A stretch of 64,000 nucleotides of DNA from Candidatus Latescibacterota bacterium (lineage in GTDB: Bacteria; Latescibacterota; UBA2968; GCA-2709665). The DNA is taken from assembly GCA_965203805.1 (NCBI GenBank), contig OZ241917.1, positions 4,000,001 to 4,064,000 on the forward strand, written 5' to 3'. Made by a program: the position numbers and the translations under genes. Positions 1 through 9,260 of this stretch are shown here, in pieces (the stretch's first letter is position 1; each line of letters begins with the position of its first letter). The notes under the pieces were generated by a model. The model did no database searches. It was not told the origin of the DNA and saw only the letters and a list, made by a program, of their open reading frames with translations.

Positions 1-395
1 ACCACAAGGCGGTGCTCCTTCAGGACGGCAGGGTGCTGATCGTCGGCGGCCACGTCGGAGACGGGCCTCGCGTACAGACGGCCGAGATCTACGATCCCGA
101 AACAGACACCTTCTCGCCCGCCGGAACTTCCGCAGTGCATCCGTTGGCCGCCCTGCTGCTGCCGTCCGGCAGGGTATTTTTCATTCATTCAGACAACGGT
201 AATATCTCCCTTTATAATCCGGATACTCAAGTATTTTCGCCGCCTACAGGGTATAGTCTAGGTCCGTGGCGAAACGGGGCGACGGTAACGCTCCTCGATG
301 ACGGCCGCGTGCTTATCGCCGGCGGATTGAAGACGGCGGATGACAGTCATTCTCATGAGTCGATTTCGGATAAGATTTTCATCTTCACGCCCTGA
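1..395 (+). CDS. Kelch/galactose-oxidase-type beta-propeller protein, copy 1 (5' truncated by window edge)
   Basis: Kelch motifs HKAVLLQDGRVLIVGG and TAEIYDPET; C-terminus KIFIFTP resembles those of the next three ORFs. Confidence 0.85.
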   Translation, partial: HKAVLLQDGRVLIVGGHVGDGPRVQTAEIYDPETDTFSPAGTSAVHPLAALLLPSGRVFFIHSDNGNISLYNPDTQVFSPPTGYSLGPWRNGATVTLLDDGRVLIAGGLKTADDSHSHESISDKIFIFTP

Positions 396-477
396 GTGTA
401 CCGTGAGGCTTGGGAAGCGTCCGCGCAAATGTGATTACTCTGTTTCAGCGTTCGCGTTGGGAGAATCGAGAAGACGG

Positions 478-504
478 GAGATTCTTCGCTGCGCTCAGAA
501 TGAC
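478..504. repeat. REP-like motif GAGATTCTTCGCTGCGCTCAGAATGAC (also 3372-3398 and 16460-16486; variants near 540-566 and 16240-16266)
   Basis: Three exact intergenic copies read directly from the sequence. Confidence 0.85.
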
Positions 505-822
505 GGGTCTTGCAATAACCATTGACGAAAAGTACCGGTCAGATCTTCGCTCCGCTCTGAATGACAGGCTGGCCGATCGTCAAATACGATGCTTCCCGCT
601 GTCATACAGAGGAGGCCTGCGAGCGACGTCCGCGAAACGCTTCCGTCACAAGTTCGCCGAGATTGTCATCCAGAGGACGCTCCGCAGGCCGACGAAGGAT
701 CTGCTGCAGCATGGGAAATGGCTTGAGCGTCTGACGCTCGGTTCGAACTGAAATGCAGCACAGCCGATTCCCTTCTCGTGTTGTGGGAGAATGTCAGTTC
801 ACTCGCAGTCGTGGAGGCAAAC

Positions 823-1962
823 ATGATGAATGCCAGGTTCTGTTTTGCACTGTTAATCATCTCGAGGTTCTGGGCTTGCGGAGGCGATTCGGTCACGACG
901 CCGGAGCAGCCAGCTCTTGAACGGGGTCTCCACGAGGTCGGCAATCTGAGCCAGCCCCGGTACGGGCATGCCGCGACGTTACTGAACGATGGAAAGGTCC
1001 TGATCGCGGGCGGCCTCGAAGAAATGCCTGTCGTACTCGAGGGGCCGCCTCCCCCGGATACCCCCATTCCCCAGCCGAAGCGTCTCATCAGCGCGGAAAT
1101 ATTCGACCCTGAGACCGGGATCTCAACGCCAACGGGAAACATGGCCGCCAGTCGCAGCGAGGACCACGGAATATTGCTTCCCGAAGGTCGGGTCCTGATC
1201 ATACCCGGAAATCCCAATCTCCCCATTGAGAGGTACGATGCTCATTCCGGCAGATTCAACCCTGTGGCAGTTTTGCCTGGGAGAGTTGGGATTCTGACTG
1301 CCACTTTGCTTCTCGACGGAAAGGTCTTCTTGACCAGCACGCTATACGCGGGTGTGTTCGACCCAACTACAGGCCCATTCTCCCCCCTATTCAGGATGGA
1401 ACCTTCCCGAATTGGCCACACGGCCACTTTGTTGAAGGACGGCAGGGTGTTGATCGTTGGAGGACAGAATGTTGGAGGGGACGCAGGGTTGCTGGGTCGG
1501 AATCTGATCTATGATCCCTCGACCGAAGCCCTTTCGGAAGCAGGCAACTTGCAGTTCGACCGCAGGAATCATAAGGCGGTGCTACTGGAGGACGGGAGGG
1601 TCCTGATCATAGGCGGCGGCGCCGCCGGCAGAGGGCCATTCGTGCAGACGGCAGAGATCTACGACCCGGAAGCCAATACCTTTTCACCGGCCGGCGTCTC
1701 AACGATCGATCCGAGCGCCGCCCTGCTGTTGCCGTCCGGCAACGTGTTTCTTATCCGCTCGTACAACGGCGATATCGTACTGTATGATCCCGTCACGCAC
1801 GCATTTTCCAATACAGGATACAGCATCAGCCCGCGCAGGTCTTTCGCTACGGCCACGCTCCTTGAAGACGGCCGCGTCGTCATCGCCGGCGGAATCAAGT
1901 GGACGGATGATAATCACGATTGGGAGTCGATTACGGATCAGATTTTCATTTTCACCCCGTGA
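823..1962 (+). CDS. Kelch-repeat beta-propeller lipoprotein, copy 2
   Basis: GGAGG RBS before ATG 823; hydrophobic leader with lipobox-like FWA-C; repeated H-x-A-T-L-L-x-D-G-x-V-L-I-x-G-G blades. Confidence 0.85.
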   Translation: MMNARFCFALLIISRFWACGGDSVTTPEQPALERGLHEVGNLSQPRYGHAATLLNDGKVLIAGGLEEMPVVLEGPPPPDTPIPQPKRLISAEIFDPETGISTPTGNMAASRSEDHGILLPEGRVLIIPGNPNLPIERYDAHSGRFNPVAVLPGRVGILTATLLLDGKVFLTSTLYAGVFDPTTGPFSPLFRMEPSRIGHTATLLKDGRVLIVGGQNVGGDAGLLGRNLIYDPSTEALSEAGNLQFDRRNHKAVLLEDGRVLIIGGGAAGRGPFVQTAEIYDPEANTFSPAGVSTIDPSAALLLPSGNVFLIRSYNGDIVLYDPVTHAFSNTGYSISPRRSFATATLLEDGRVVIAGGIKWTDDNHDWESITDQIFIFTP

Positions 1963-2007
1963 GACACACAGGAGTCACTACTGCCAATAGAAAGAAGCCG
2001 GTTTGAA

Positions 2008-2032
2008 GGTGGGGCGGACATTCCTGTCTGCC
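2008..2032. repeat. REP-like motif GGTGGGGCRGACATTCCTGTCTGCC (also 3252-3276, 3477-3501, 16340-16364; interrupted copy 4740-4793)
   Basis: Near-identical intergenic copies with an internal GCRGACA/TGTCTGC hairpin. Confidence 0.85.
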
Positions 2033-2093
2033 GCTATGCCAGCCCTGTCGGGTAGATGTCGCACCCTCAGTCCCTCGACGTGGAGTTTAGAAG

Positions 2094-3206
2094 ATGATCA
2101 CCAGAGTCTTGTTTGCGCTGTTAATCGTCCTGGCTTTCTGGGCTTGCGGGAGCGACTCAGTGACCACGCCGGAGCAGCCGGACCGTGAGAGGGGACTCCG
2201 CGAGGTCGGTACGATGAACCAGCCGCGCTATAGGCACGGCGCAACGCTACTACAAAGTGGCAAAGTCCTGATTTCCGGGGGAAACGCGGCGCTTCCTCCT
2301 GCCGGAGGCGGTGTTTTGGAGTTCGATGGTATCGTCAGCGCGGAGATTTTCGATCCTGAAACCGGTACCTCAACGCCAACGGGAGACCTGAGCGCCAGTC
2401 GCGAAGAAGAACACGGTGTGTTGCTTCCCGACGGCCGGATCCTGATCATAACCCGGATTGGCAGTTTCTCTATTGAGGTGTACGATCCACACTCCGGAAG
2501 ATTCGACGAAGTGGCTGACTTGCCCTGGAAAGTCGGGACTGAAACCGCCACCCTGTTGCCCAACGGAGATGTCTTTTTAACCAGCTTCATACGTGCCGGT
2601 GTCTTCGACCCCACCAAGGGGACGTTTTCCGCCACATTCAGGATGTATCCTACCCGGTATGGCCATACGGCGACTTTGTTGAAGGACGGCCGGGTGCTGA
2701 TCGTTGGAGGGAGTATTTTCGGAGGGGAATGGTTGCTGGGACAGAATCTTATCTATGATCCCTCGACCGAAGCGTTTTCAGATGCAGGCAACCTGCAGTT
2801 CGACCGCAGGAACCATGAGGCCGTGCTTCTTCAGGACGGCCGGGTTCTCATCGTCGGCGGTTACACCGGAAATCTTGATCGCGTACAGACGGCCGAGATC
2901 TATGACCCCGAAACCAACACCTTCTCTGCCGCCGGAACTTCCGCAATGAATCCAATGGCCACCCTTTTATTGCCGTCCGGCAGGGTATTTTTCATCCACT
3001 ATGACAACGGCAATATCTCCTTATATAACCCGGATACTCGAGTATTTTCGCCGCCTACAGGGCACAGTATAGGGCCGTGGCGATCCGGTGCGACCGTGAC
3101 GCTTCTCGATGACGGCCGCGTCATTATCGCCGGCGGATTGAAGTGGTCGGACGACGAACATTTTTGGGAGTCGATTACGGATCAGATTTTTATTTACACG
3201 CCTTGA
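2094..3206 (+). CDS. Kelch-repeat beta-propeller lipoprotein, copy 3
   Basis: Signal peptide LLIVLAFWA-C; kelch blades; paralogue of flanking ORFs. Confidence 0.85.
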   Translation: MITRVLFALLIVLAFWACGSDSVTTPEQPDRERGLREVGTMNQPRYRHGATLLQSGKVLISGGNAALPPAGGGVLEFDGIVSAEIFDPETGTSTPTGDLSASREEEHGVLLPDGRILIITRIGSFSIEVYDPHSGRFDEVADLPWKVGTETATLLPNGDVFLTSFIRAGVFDPTKGTFSATFRMYPTRYGHTATLLKDGRVLIVGGSIFGGEWLLGQNLIYDPSTEAFSDAGNLQFDRRNHEAVLLQDGRVLIVGGYTGNLDRVQTAEIYDPETNTFSAAGTSAMNPMATLLLPSGRVFFIHYDNGNISLYNPDTRVFSPPTGHSIGPWRSGATVTLLDDGRVIIAGGLKWSDDEHFWESITDQIFIYTP

Positions 3207-3537
3207 GAGGCGCCAGAATCATTACTGTCAATTGGAAGAAGGCCGTGTGAAGGTGGGGCAGACATTCCTGTCTGCCCGTATCGACAGCGTTCTGAGCGTG
3301 CCTTTATACGTGCGAAGCGTCCGCGCAAATGTGTTTACTTTGTTTCACCGTCAGGACAATCGAACAGACGGGAGATTCTTCGCTGCGCTCAGAATGACAT
3401 GCTATGCAATAGGCATCGTTGAGGTGTATTCATCATGCGTTGGCCCGGACTTTCATGCTGAGAAAGCCGGTGCAAGGGTGGGGCAGACATTCCTGTCTGC
3501 CCGCATCGCCAGCGTTCTGTCGAAAAGGAGACGCAAC

Positions 3538-4686
3538 ATGACCACCAGAATTGGACTCGCGCTATTGGTTGCCTCGAGCTTTTGGGCATGTGGAGGGGAT
3601 TCGGTGACAACGCCGGAGCAGCCGGTCCTTGAACGAGGTCTCAAAGAGGTCGGGAATATGGTCCAACCTCGGTATTGGCACACCGCGACGCTATTGCCGA
3701 ACGGCAAGGTCCTGATCGCAGGCGGCCTGGGGGAGCCACCTGCAGAAGTCCGGGACCCATCTCAGGGCGGCGCAGTCATTTATCGGGCGTCGGGTCTTCT
3801 CGCCAGCGCGGAGATATTCGATCCGCAGACCGGGACGTCAACGCCAACGGGGGACATGACCGTCAGACGATACGCAGACAGCGGAATATTGCTTCCCGAC
3901 GGTCGTGTCCTGATTATGCCTCGTGATGGTCATTTCCCGGTTGAGATCTACGATCCTGCTTCGGGCACGTTCGCCGCCGTGTCAGACGTACCGGCGGGTG
4001 CAACCGTCGAGACGGCAACTCTGCTGCCCAGTGGAGAGGTTTTTCTGACTAACCTGGACCACACGGGTGTCTTCGACCCGGACGCTCGCGCATTTCACTC
4101 CATCTTCAAGAGGGAGGAGATTCGACGGCTACATACAGCGACGCTGTTGAAGGACGGCCGTGTGCTGATCGTCGGGGGATCGCGTGGCGGACTTGAAGAC
4201 GGGCTGGTTGGACGGAACGTCATTTACGATCCGTCGTCCAGGAGAGTCTCCGAAGCCGGTAATCTGCAGGTCGACCGCATCAACCATAAGGCGGTGCTGC
4301 TTCAGGACGGCAGGGTCCTGATCGTTGGCGGCACCGCGGGTAAGGGGCCGTTCGTGCAGACGGCTGAGATGTATGACCCTGAAACCAACACGTTTTCGCC
4401 GGCCGGCGTTTCAAACATCGATCCCCTTGCCGCGGCGTTGCTGCCCTCCGGCACGGTGTTGCTCGTCCACTCCCACAACGGTGATATCGTAATGTATAAC
4501 CCCGCCACACATGCATTTTCTCCAACAGGACACAACATAGGATGGCGGTCATTGCCTACGGTCACGATGCTTGAGGACGGACGCGCCATGGTTGCAGGCG
4601 GCTGGGAAAGCGAGGGCTATTCAACGCATGGTCTTCCATCGAATATTGGGGTGATTACGGATAAGATCCTGATCTTCACGCCTTGA
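3538..4686 (+). CDS. Kelch-repeat beta-propeller lipoprotein, copy 4
   Basis: AGGAG RBS before ATG 3538 (MTTRIGLALLVASSFWA-C); the upstream part of the 3232 ORF is repeat DNA. Confidence 0.85.
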   Translation: MTTRIGLALLVASSFWACGGDSVTTPEQPVLERGLKEVGNMVQPRYWHTATLLPNGKVLIAGGLGEPPAEVRDPSQGGAVIYRASGLLASAEIFDPQTGTSTPTGDMTVRRYADSGILLPDGRVLIMPRDGHFPVEIYDPASGTFAAVSDVPAGATVETATLLPSGEVFLTNLDHTGVFDPDARAFHSIFKREEIRRLHTATLLKDGRVLIVGGSRGGLEDGLVGRNVIYDPSSRRVSEAGNLQVDRINHKAVLLQDGRVLIVGGTAGKGPFVQTAEMYDPETNTFSPAGVSNIDPLAAALLPSGTVLLVHSHNGDIVMYNPATHAFSPTGHNIGWRSLPTVTMLEDGRAMVAGGWESEGYSTHGLPSNIGVITDKILIFTP

Positions 4687-4817
4687 GCGCTCACGTCACA
4701 AGTACGCCCGACAGATCATGCTGAGGAAGTCGGAGTGAAGGTGGGGCCTGCCTGCAGCGCAGTTCGCTGCGCAGGCAGGCGGACATTCCTGTCAAACGAA
4801 CTGAAAGGTACAGTGAA

Positions 4818-5354
4818 ATGAAACTGAGCGTCGGATGGAAATCCTGGGTGTTTATGGGCGTCGCCGTGGTTCTGGCGGGTGCTGCGCTGGGTCAGATTCT
4901 CGTCGAAGAGCCTGAGAAGGCGAACGCGCTGCCCGTGGGCCCGGCCGCGTCCGACTTCACGCTGGATGGTCTGGACGGATCGGTCGTCCGGCTGTCCGAC
5001 AATGACGGACGCGTAGTCCTGATCAATTTCTGGGCGACGTGGTGCATGCCGTGCCTGTACGAATTGCCGCATATCCAGACGTTGTACGACCGTTACCGCG
5101 AGAAGGGCCTGACCGTACTTGCCGTCAGCACGGACTTCGACCGGGCGCGCGTGGGTCCGTTCATTCAGGAATACGGCTACACCTTCCCGGTCCTGTTCGC
5201 CGATCCGGGCATCCAGGCCGACTACGCCGTCCGCAGCATTCCAACCACCTTTCTGGTTGACAGAAAGGGTCGCCTCAGGTTCATGCAAACGGGTTACGGG
5301 CCCGATACCGAAACGGAACTGAATTGGGCCCTGGCACAACTAATGGGACGGTAG
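4818..5354 (+). CDS. TlpA/ResA-family thiol-disulfide oxidoreductase
   Basis: VLINFWATWCMPC CxxC motif, SIPTTFLVD, N-terminal membrane anchor. Confidence 0.9.
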   Translation: MKLSVGWKSWVFMGVAVVLAGAALGQILVEEPEKANALPVGPAASDFTLDGLDGSVVRLSDNDGRVVLINFWATWCMPCLYELPHIQTLYDRYREKGLTVLAVSTDFDRARVGPFIQEYGYTFPVLFADPGIQADYAVRSIPTTFLVDRKGRLRFMQTGYGPDTETELNWALAQLMGR

Positions 5355-5499
5355 GGGTCGCCGGGGTTGATTGCGGTCAGGGTAATCGGTACCGGATGAG
5401 GGAATTCTTATCCGGGGACAACGGGGTTGGGTGAGAGGTAGGAACCTGCTTTCGTTTCGGTTTTTCGGGGCTCGTCGGAAGCCAACCGGAGGGCGTGGT

Positions 5500-5874
5500 T
5501 CAGGTCCAGGAATGCATGGCGACCCGGTTGCCTTCGCAATCTTCGAAGTGGGCAAAGAAACCGTGTTCGCCGATACCGGTTTTTGGAATCAGCGCCTTTC
5601 CGCCGTTTGACTCGATCTTTTCCAGGATCCCGTCGATGTCGGTCACAGAAAAGTAGACCAGGGCGCCTTCGTGGGACGGTTTGTATCCTTCGGACTTGAT
5701 CAGCGTTCCGGCGGCTCCGGGTCCCTCGGTCATCGGAAACCAGGCCAACTCCGTGTCACCCATCCTGCTCGTAGCGAGTTCGAGACCCAACACGGTCTCG
5801 TAGAATCGCCGGGCCCTTTCCAGCTCGCGCACCGGGATTTCGAACCAGCCGACGGGATTCCTTTCATCCGCCAT
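5500..5874 (-). CDS. VOC/glyoxalase family protein
   Basis: WFEIPV..LERARRFYE.VLG and FAHFEDCEGNRVAMHS motifs. Confidence 0.9.
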   Translation of the reverse strand: MADERNPVGWFEIPVRELERARRFYETVLGLELATSRMGDTELAWFPMTEGPGAAGTLIKSEGYKPSHEGALVYFSVTDIDGILEKIESNGGKALIPKTGIGEHGFFAHFEDCEGNRVAMHSWT

Positions 5875-6087
5875 ACTATTCTCCTTAAGTCTCTTCCGCT
5901 ACCGCTCGGGTGTAAGCAGGGCGTTCCCAAGTCTCGATCGAACCCGGGTTCACAAAGAGCAAGGGTTGCGGAAGCGGCGTGCGCCCGGATTCGAGTCTCC
6001 CGAGCGGGTTCAGATAGCGGGGATGCAGAGACCGGAGTCGCATCGCGTCGGTCGATCAACCAATCGAGGGGCGCACACCGAACGGAG

Positions 6088-6789
6088 CTAGGGCGCGGGT
6101 GTGGCCGGCGGAAGAATAATCGCCACGGCGTCCGCGGTGTCTTCGACGCGATCGAACAGGTCTACCGCCTGCCGCCGGTTCAACTGGAAGTCGATGGTTA
6201 CCGACTCCGTGGGCAGGAACGCGCCTTGCGCAAAGACCGTTACGCGTTTGTCGTTTACGGGATTCCAGATTTCTACGACCCTGCCGTCGAACTCGCCTCC
6301 GAAGGCGACGTACGCCACATTGGTACGCGGTCTGTTTCCGCTGGGAACGCCCACGCTGACCTTTTTGCCCAGATACTGAAACGGCGGTTGTAATCCACGC
6401 GCCCTGCCGCGAAGGTCGGCGATCAACGGATTCTCGGCAATTGCGGCTTCTAGGCGCGCCTTTCGCTCTTCAATGGTCTCGCTGCCGCCCTCCGGCGCAG
6501 CAGGCATTGCTTCTGCCAGGCGCCCTGCTATTGCGCTGTTCCGGTAGTGATAGACGTCCTTTGCAGTCAACCATCCCAGCGTCGCGTCTCTTGCGAAGTC
6601 CTTGCTCCAGATCGAGTCCAGGACGGCGTCGTGCGCCACCATCTTGTCTTCGATCCGCATTTGAATGGCATTCTCGGCATCGTAGTTGATGGTGATATCG
6701 ACGGGGGCGATATACGCGATGTACGCCAGGTACGCGCACCCCGCCGCCAATACGACTTCAATGATTGTTCGGATATGTGAACTCGACAT
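6088..6789 (-). CDS. Membrane-anchored hypothetical protein, possible C-terminal RlpA-like double-psi barrel
   Basis: GGAGGG RBS; N-terminal TM helix; C-terminal GRVVEIWNPVNDKRVTV...IDFQLN pattern. Confidence 0.6.
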   Translation of the reverse strand: MSSSHIRTIIEVVLAAGCAYLAYIAYIAPVDITINYDAENAIQMRIEDKMVAHDAVLDSIWSKDFARDATLGWLTAKDVYHYRNSAIAGRLAEAMPAAPEGGSETIEERKARLEAAIAENPLIADLRGRARGLQPPFQYLGKKVSVGVPSGNRPRTNVAYVAFGGEFDGRVVEIWNPVNDKRVTVFAQGAFLPTESVTIDFQLNRRQAVDLFDRVEDTADAVAIILPPATPAP

Positions 6790-6979
6790 CTTTTCCCTCC
6801 CGTTTCTTACGGTGTGGCGTCAGTTGAGACGACCGTGGTTTTGACGCCCGCGGACAGGGTCCCGCAACAAGCGCCAGGAGCAAAAGTACTCGATCGCTTC
6901 AGCGCTCCTTTCTCCGACGGATACCCGTCAGTCTGTTTGAAACACGATTGTCCGCCGGTGTCTTCGATCTTTGACGTGT

Positions 6980-7840
6980 CTATTTTCTTCCGGTATACGC
7001 CCGTCCCAGCCTCGCCACAGCCTCACCGCCTCCGGAGACGATCATCACACCCTCGTCAATGATCTCCGTGACGTTTTCCGGGTTCGCGCCGTTCAGGAAG
7101 AACAGACCGGCATCCCGGCAGGCCGCCATCACACGAGCCCGGGCAGCTGCCATTTCAGTCGGATAGGGCGGATCGTGCCGATCGGCGTGCCCAAGCGACA
7201 TACCCATATCGCCGGGACCCCACTCGCCGAAGGCGAGTCCCTGCACCTTCGCCGTGGCCTCCGCGCTTGCCAACGCGCGTTTGTTCTCGATCTTCACGCC
7301 GAGCATCAACTCTCCGTCCGGGCTCAGCGGCCACGGGTCGGCCTTTTTCAGATATTCGGCTGCGGTCACGCCCCAGATCTGTGCAGCCCACCCCTGTCCG
7401 CCGGCCCCCCGCCGGCCGTCGCCATGTCCCGCGGCAGGCGTCCGGAACGGATACCTGCAACTTTCCACGAACGCCCGGACGCCCTCAGGGTCGTCTGCAT
7501 GACACAGCAGGATACCATGCACGCCGCGGGCCAGCGCCTGCTTGAACATCCAGGCATTGGCGCGAACAACCGCTTCACTCGACCCCTCGACCGGCAGGTC
7601 CACGATGACGGCCGGCGTCCGGTGACCGCTGGCCGTGGGACCGCCGTCCACCAGGCCTCTCATGAAATCGCCCAGGCCCCGCATATCGAATGCGCCGTGC
7701 TCGATGCTGACGTTGATATAGTCGGCCCACGTCGCGGCCATTTCCACACCGGATTCGTACGTTAGCTCGGAGACGCCGACATAGTAGATCGGCTGCCCCC
7801 GTTCCAGCAACTCAATCGCTTTATTGATCCGGTTCGGCAT
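6980..7840 (-). CDS. HpcH/HpaI aldolase/citrate lyase family protein
   Basis: EHG, KQALARGVHGILL, KIEN and GPGDMGMS motifs. Confidence 0.85.
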   Translation of the reverse strand: MPNRINKAIELLERGQPIYYVGVSELTYESGVEMAATWADYINVSIEHGAFDMRGLGDFMRGLVDGGPTASGHRTPAVIVDLPVEGSSEAVVRANAWMFKQALARGVHGILLCHADDPEGVRAFVESCRYPFRTPAAGHGDGRRGAGGQGWAAQIWGVTAAEYLKKADPWPLSPDGELMLGVKIENKRALASAEATAKVQGLAFGEWGPGDMGMSLGHADRHDPPYPTEMAAARARVMAACRDAGLFFLNGANPENVTEIIDEGVMIVSGGGEAVARLGRAYTGRK

Positions 7841-8137
7841 GTGGCATTTATCCTGCGAATAAGGAAGGCTCAACTTGCGTCATTAACATAAAGCCGCCGC
7901 CACGAAAAATCAATCGTTCCCCGGGTTGCCCCGCAAGGGTCCGGGATGGTCTGGCAGGCATCCGCCATACCCCCGTCCGGCCATCCCGAGGACTGTGCGC
8001 GACAGCCGGGAACATTCTTGACGGCGAAATGCAGGGCTTGTATCTTGGCAATTCCACGTGCGTCGCACCGGGAGACCGGCAAGCCGGCCGTCGAGAGGCT
8101 TGAACAACACGAAAAAAACAATCGGAAGGGTGAAGTC

Positions 8138-9151
8138 ATGCCAGGCGTAGCCATCCAGGGCGCGGGAAACGTCGCCACCGAACATATCAGGGCTTATCTG
8201 AACAATCCGCACACCCGGCTGGTGGCCATCGGGAGCCGTACGCTGGAGAGCGCACGGAAAAAAGCGGTAGAACTGGGCGTTGAGTGCGACCTGTACGATA
8301 ACTACGACAGGCTTCTCGAGCATCCGGACGTCGACGTCGTTTCCATCTGTACGCCGCCCGATCGCCACGCCGGAGAAGCCATTGCCGCCGCCCGCGCCGG
8401 CAAACACCTGCTGATTGAAAAACCGGTGGCCACGAATCACGAAGAACTGAATGCGATGCACCGGGCCGTGACAAGCGCGGGCGTCAAGACAGTTGTCGGT
8501 TTCGTCCTTCGATGGAACCCGCTGATCGTCTCCATCAAGCGGGCCATCGAGAAGGGCTGGGTCGGCGATCCTCTTCTCGTTCAGGCCGACTACTGGCACG
8601 GCCCCACCAACGCCCGCCCCGAGAAATTCAGCCGGACAGGATGGAAACCGTTCGTGAACGGGGCTATCGTGCACGGCGGCTGCCATGCCCTCGACGCCGC
8701 ACGATACATACTGGACAATGACACGGTCACCCGGGTGACCGGCGTTTCCCCACGCCATCGAACGCATGGAGAGGACTACCGTTCCACGACGGTCGCAACG
8801 GTTGAATTCGCGGGGGGCGCCGCCGGAAAGTTCTCGGGTTCCACGGCTTTCTTCATGCCGTACGTCTTCAACGTCGAGGTGTTCGGAACGGAGGGCGTGA
8901 TCCGCAACAACCAGTTCTACACCCGACAGCTGTCCGGCCAGGACGCGTTCGGGAGTTTTCCCACGGTCATGCCCGACAGCGGCGCCGTTGCCCACCATCC
9001 CTTCCAGGAAATGATCGACCACCTCGTCGAATGCATCCTGAACGACGTGGAATCGCACGACAATCTGGCCGTTGCCGTCAACACCCACGCCGCATGTTTT
9101 GCCGCGGAGGAATCGGCCGCAAACGGTTCCATGCCGATAGAGATAGAGTAG
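8138..9151 (+). CDS. Gfo/Idh/MocA oxidoreductase
   Basis: GAGNVA Rossmann motif, GKHLLIEKP, GCHALD. Confidence 0.9.
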   Translation: MPGVAIQGAGNVATEHIRAYLNNPHTRLVAIGSRTLESARKKAVELGVECDLYDNYDRLLEHPDVDVVSICTPPDRHAGEAIAAARAGKHLLIEKPVATNHEELNAMHRAVTSAGVKTVVGFVLRWNPLIVSIKRAIEKGWVGDPLLVQADYWHGPTNARPEKFSRTGWKPFVNGAIVHGGCHALDAARYILDNDTVTRVTGVSPRHRTHGEDYRSTTVATVEFAGGAAGKFSGSTAFFMPYVFNVEVFGTEGVIRNNQFYTRQLSGQDAFGSFPTVMPDSGAVAHHPFQEMIDHLVECILNDVESHDNLAVAVNTHAACFAAEESAANGSMPIEIE

Positions 9152-9152
9152 G

Positions 9153-9256
9153 CGAGGGAACAAAGAGACGAGAGAACGAGACGACGAAGGGACGAGGGAG
9201 CGAAGGGACGAGAGAACGAGAAGACGAAGGATCGAGGGGACGAGAGAACGAGGAGC
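9153..9256. repeat. Degenerate 8-bp tandem repeat (about 13 x CGAGRGRA)
   Basis: Units cgagggaa caaagaga cgagagaa cgagacga cgaaggga... fill the intergenic space. Confidence 0.8.
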
Positions 9257-9260
9257 TTCG

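Noticed and set aside
3232-3537. N-terminal extension of kelch copy 4
   Set aside because: It is read-through of REP-like repeats; the signal peptide and RBS point to ATG 3538
1-4686. Diversity-generating retroelement acting on the kelch C-termini
   Set aside because: No reverse transcriptase or template repeat in the window; differences are not adenine-specific and include indels
395-4800. CRISPR array from the recurring 25-27-bp motifs
   Set aside because: Copies are dispersed and separated by whole genes, without regular unique spacers or cas genes
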